A stretch of 24,000 nt of DNA from Candidatus Sericytochromatia bacterium. GTDB lineage: Bacteria; Cyanobacteriota; Sericytochromatia; S15B-MN24; JAQBPE01. Positions within the stretch are counted from its first letter, which is position 1. The number at the start of each line of letters is the position of its first letter. Below, piece by piece: positions 23,038 through 24,000 of this stretch. The stretch is from assembly GCA_035284865.1 (NCBI GenBank), contig JAYKHL010000057.1, positions 6,399-30,398 on the forward strand, read 5' to 3'. The notes under the pieces are model-generated. The model saw nothing but the letters and a program-made list of their open reading frames with translations, did no database searches and was not told the origin of the DNA. The translations under genes and the position numbers were made by a program.

Positions 23038-24000
23038 ATGACGGAACATCGACGCAACAGGGGCGGGCTGGGCCTGACCCTGGGCCTGTTGTTGACGGCC
23101 TGCGCCCCGGGGCCGGGCTTGCCCGTGAGCTCCGCCGGCGCCGAGCTGCCGGCGTTGTCGGCGGAGACGGCACGCGCCCGGCTTCCTGGGATCATCCCAC
23201 GGGCCGAGGCGCAGGCCTTGTTGCCTGCCCCCCAGCGTGAGCCCGATGGGCGTGGCTACACCCTGCTGACGCGCGGTGGGCACGGTGGCTCCTTCTTCAT
23301 CGGCACGACGGGAAGTCCCGGCGGAGGCCGCGGCACCGGGGCCGTGCAGGGTGGCGCTCGCGCGGGCCACGCCGGCAGCGCCACGTCGCACGGCGGCACC
23401 CGGCCTGGTTACCACGGCAGCGGCGCCTATCATGGTGGCACCCGGCCTGGTTACCACGGCAGTGGCACCTACCACGGCGGCTCCCGCCCTGGTTACCACG
23501 GCAGCGGCACCTATCGCGGAAGCGCGTGGCCCGGCTACCACGGCCGAGGCTGGCGTTACGGGTTTGACCGGTACTACGACAGCCTGTGGTACTACCCCTA
23601 TGGCAACTACCTGTTTCCGTTCTACCAGGGGATCGGCGGGGCATACCTGCCCTACACCGGGGTCGATTCGCCCTACCTGGAGTGGCTGGATGGAAGCTGG
23701 CAGGCTCGGAGCCAGGTGCCTACCGCGGGCGTGCCAGCAGCGACGGCCAACCAGTCCTGGATCGTGATCCAGGGGCGGCAGTTCTTCCCCCGCGAGGCGA
23801 CCGTCAGTCCCGGCAGCACCGTGGTCTTCTACAACGCCGACAGCGAACCCCAGCGCGTTCGCAGCCTCGATGGCGCCATCGACACAGGGATCCTGGCGGC
23901 GGGCAAGGCCAGTGCCCCCATCACGGTGACGGGCCCAGGCACATTCAATCTGTCGTCGGCCCTCCACCCTGAGATGGTGGGCGTGTTGAACGTCCGTTGA
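23038..24000 (+). CDS. Lipoprotein (320 aa) with a His/Tyr/Gly tandem repeat, an aromatic module and a C-terminal cupredoxin-like domain
   Basis: GGGAGGAC lies 6 nt before the ATG at 23038. Lipobox LLLTAC, then three and a third copies of HGG(T/S)RPGYHGSG(A/T)Y, then WRYGFDRYYDSLWYYPYGNYLFPFYQG. The C-terminus FFPREATVSPGSTVVFYNADSEPQRVRS...GPGTFNLSSALHPEMVGVLNVR fits the single-domain cupredoxin pattern. The stop codon is the last three bases of the window. Confidence 0.82.
   Translation: MTEHRRNRGGLGLTLGLLLTACAPGPGLPVSSAGAELPALSAETARARLPGIIPRAEAQALLPAPQREPDGRGYTLLTRGGHGGSFFIGTTGSPGGGRGTGAVQGGARAGHAGSATSHGGTRPGYHGSGAYHGGTRPGYHGSGTYHGGSRPGYHGSGTYRGSAWPGYHGRGWRYGFDRYYDSLWYYPYGNYLFPFYQGIGGAYLPYTGVDSPYLEWLDGSWQARSQVPTAGVPAATANQSWIVIQGRQFFPREATVSPGSTVVFYNADSEPQRVRSLDGAIDTGILAAGKASAPITVTGPGTFNLSSALHPEMVGVLNVR
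23389..23550 (+). repeat. 42-bp in-frame tandem repeat: three full units plus a degenerate fourth
   Basis: Units begin at 23389, 23431 and 23473 (CACGGCGGCACCCGGCCTGGTTACCACGGCAGCGGCGCCTAT and variants). A diverged partial unit starts at 23515. Confidence 0.85.

Noticed and set aside
22960-23967. 335-aa minus-strand ORF opposite the repeat-containing lipoprotein gene
   Set aside because: The plus-strand frame has an SD, a lipobox, a selected peptide repeat and a cupredoxin-like fold pattern. The antisense product is Ala/Gly/Arg/Val-rich low-complexity sequence.
1-24000. Scan for CRISPR arrays, IS elements or transposases, integrases, phage genes, toxin-antitoxin pairs and restriction-modification genes
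   Set aside because: I saw no regularly spaced direct repeats apart from the in-frame 42-bp coding repeat. I saw no terminal inverted repeats flanking an ORF, and no recombinase- or nuclease-like motifs in any credible ORF.

Overview
This is a very GC-rich bacterial chromosomal window: third codon positions are almost all G/C, and many genes have GGAGG-type Shine-Dalgarno (SD) sites. I can support about 27 protein genes and 3 tRNAs, most of them housekeeping. All family calls were made by eye from remembered motifs; no searches were run.

Gene content, left to right:
- Minus strand: a class A PBP (partial, runs off the left edge), a purine nucleoside phosphorylase and a YqeG-type HAD phosphatase.
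- Plus strand: TcdA.
- Minus-strand run: MBL-fold hydrolase, cyclophilin, inositol monophosphatase, a small coupled hypothetical gene, then a DUF2490-like secreted protein.
- Plus-strand run: acyl-CoA dehydrogenase, two hypotheticals, an NAD-IDH-like dehydrogenase, rimM, trmD, then a 50-aa ORF.
- Long minus-strand run: a sugar ABC transporter (ATPase, binding lipoprotein, two permeases), lepB, radA, motA, motB, then a glycine-zipper membrane protein.
- A tRNA Thr-Tyr-Thr cluster, then a divergent pair of lipoproteins.

I saw no CRISPR array, IS element, transposase, integrase or phage genes. The many long ORFs antisense to these genes are high-GC artefacts.

Regions that known families do not explain, most interesting first:
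1. The divergent lipoprotein pair at 22268-24000. Both share an aromatic P-x-G-N-Y-x-F-P-x-Y module. One also carries a His/Tyr-rich 14-aa tandem repeat and a cupredoxin-like domain that has lost two of its four copper ligands.
2. A motA/motB stator pair with no other flagellar gene in the window. It is followed by an unrecognised two-helix glycine-zipper protein behind the most AT-rich spot of the window.
3. Two tightly linked hypothetical genes at 8790-9951.
4. A secreted protein whose signal peptide lies upstream of any canonical start codon.

None of these can be shown to be a new system from this sequence alone.
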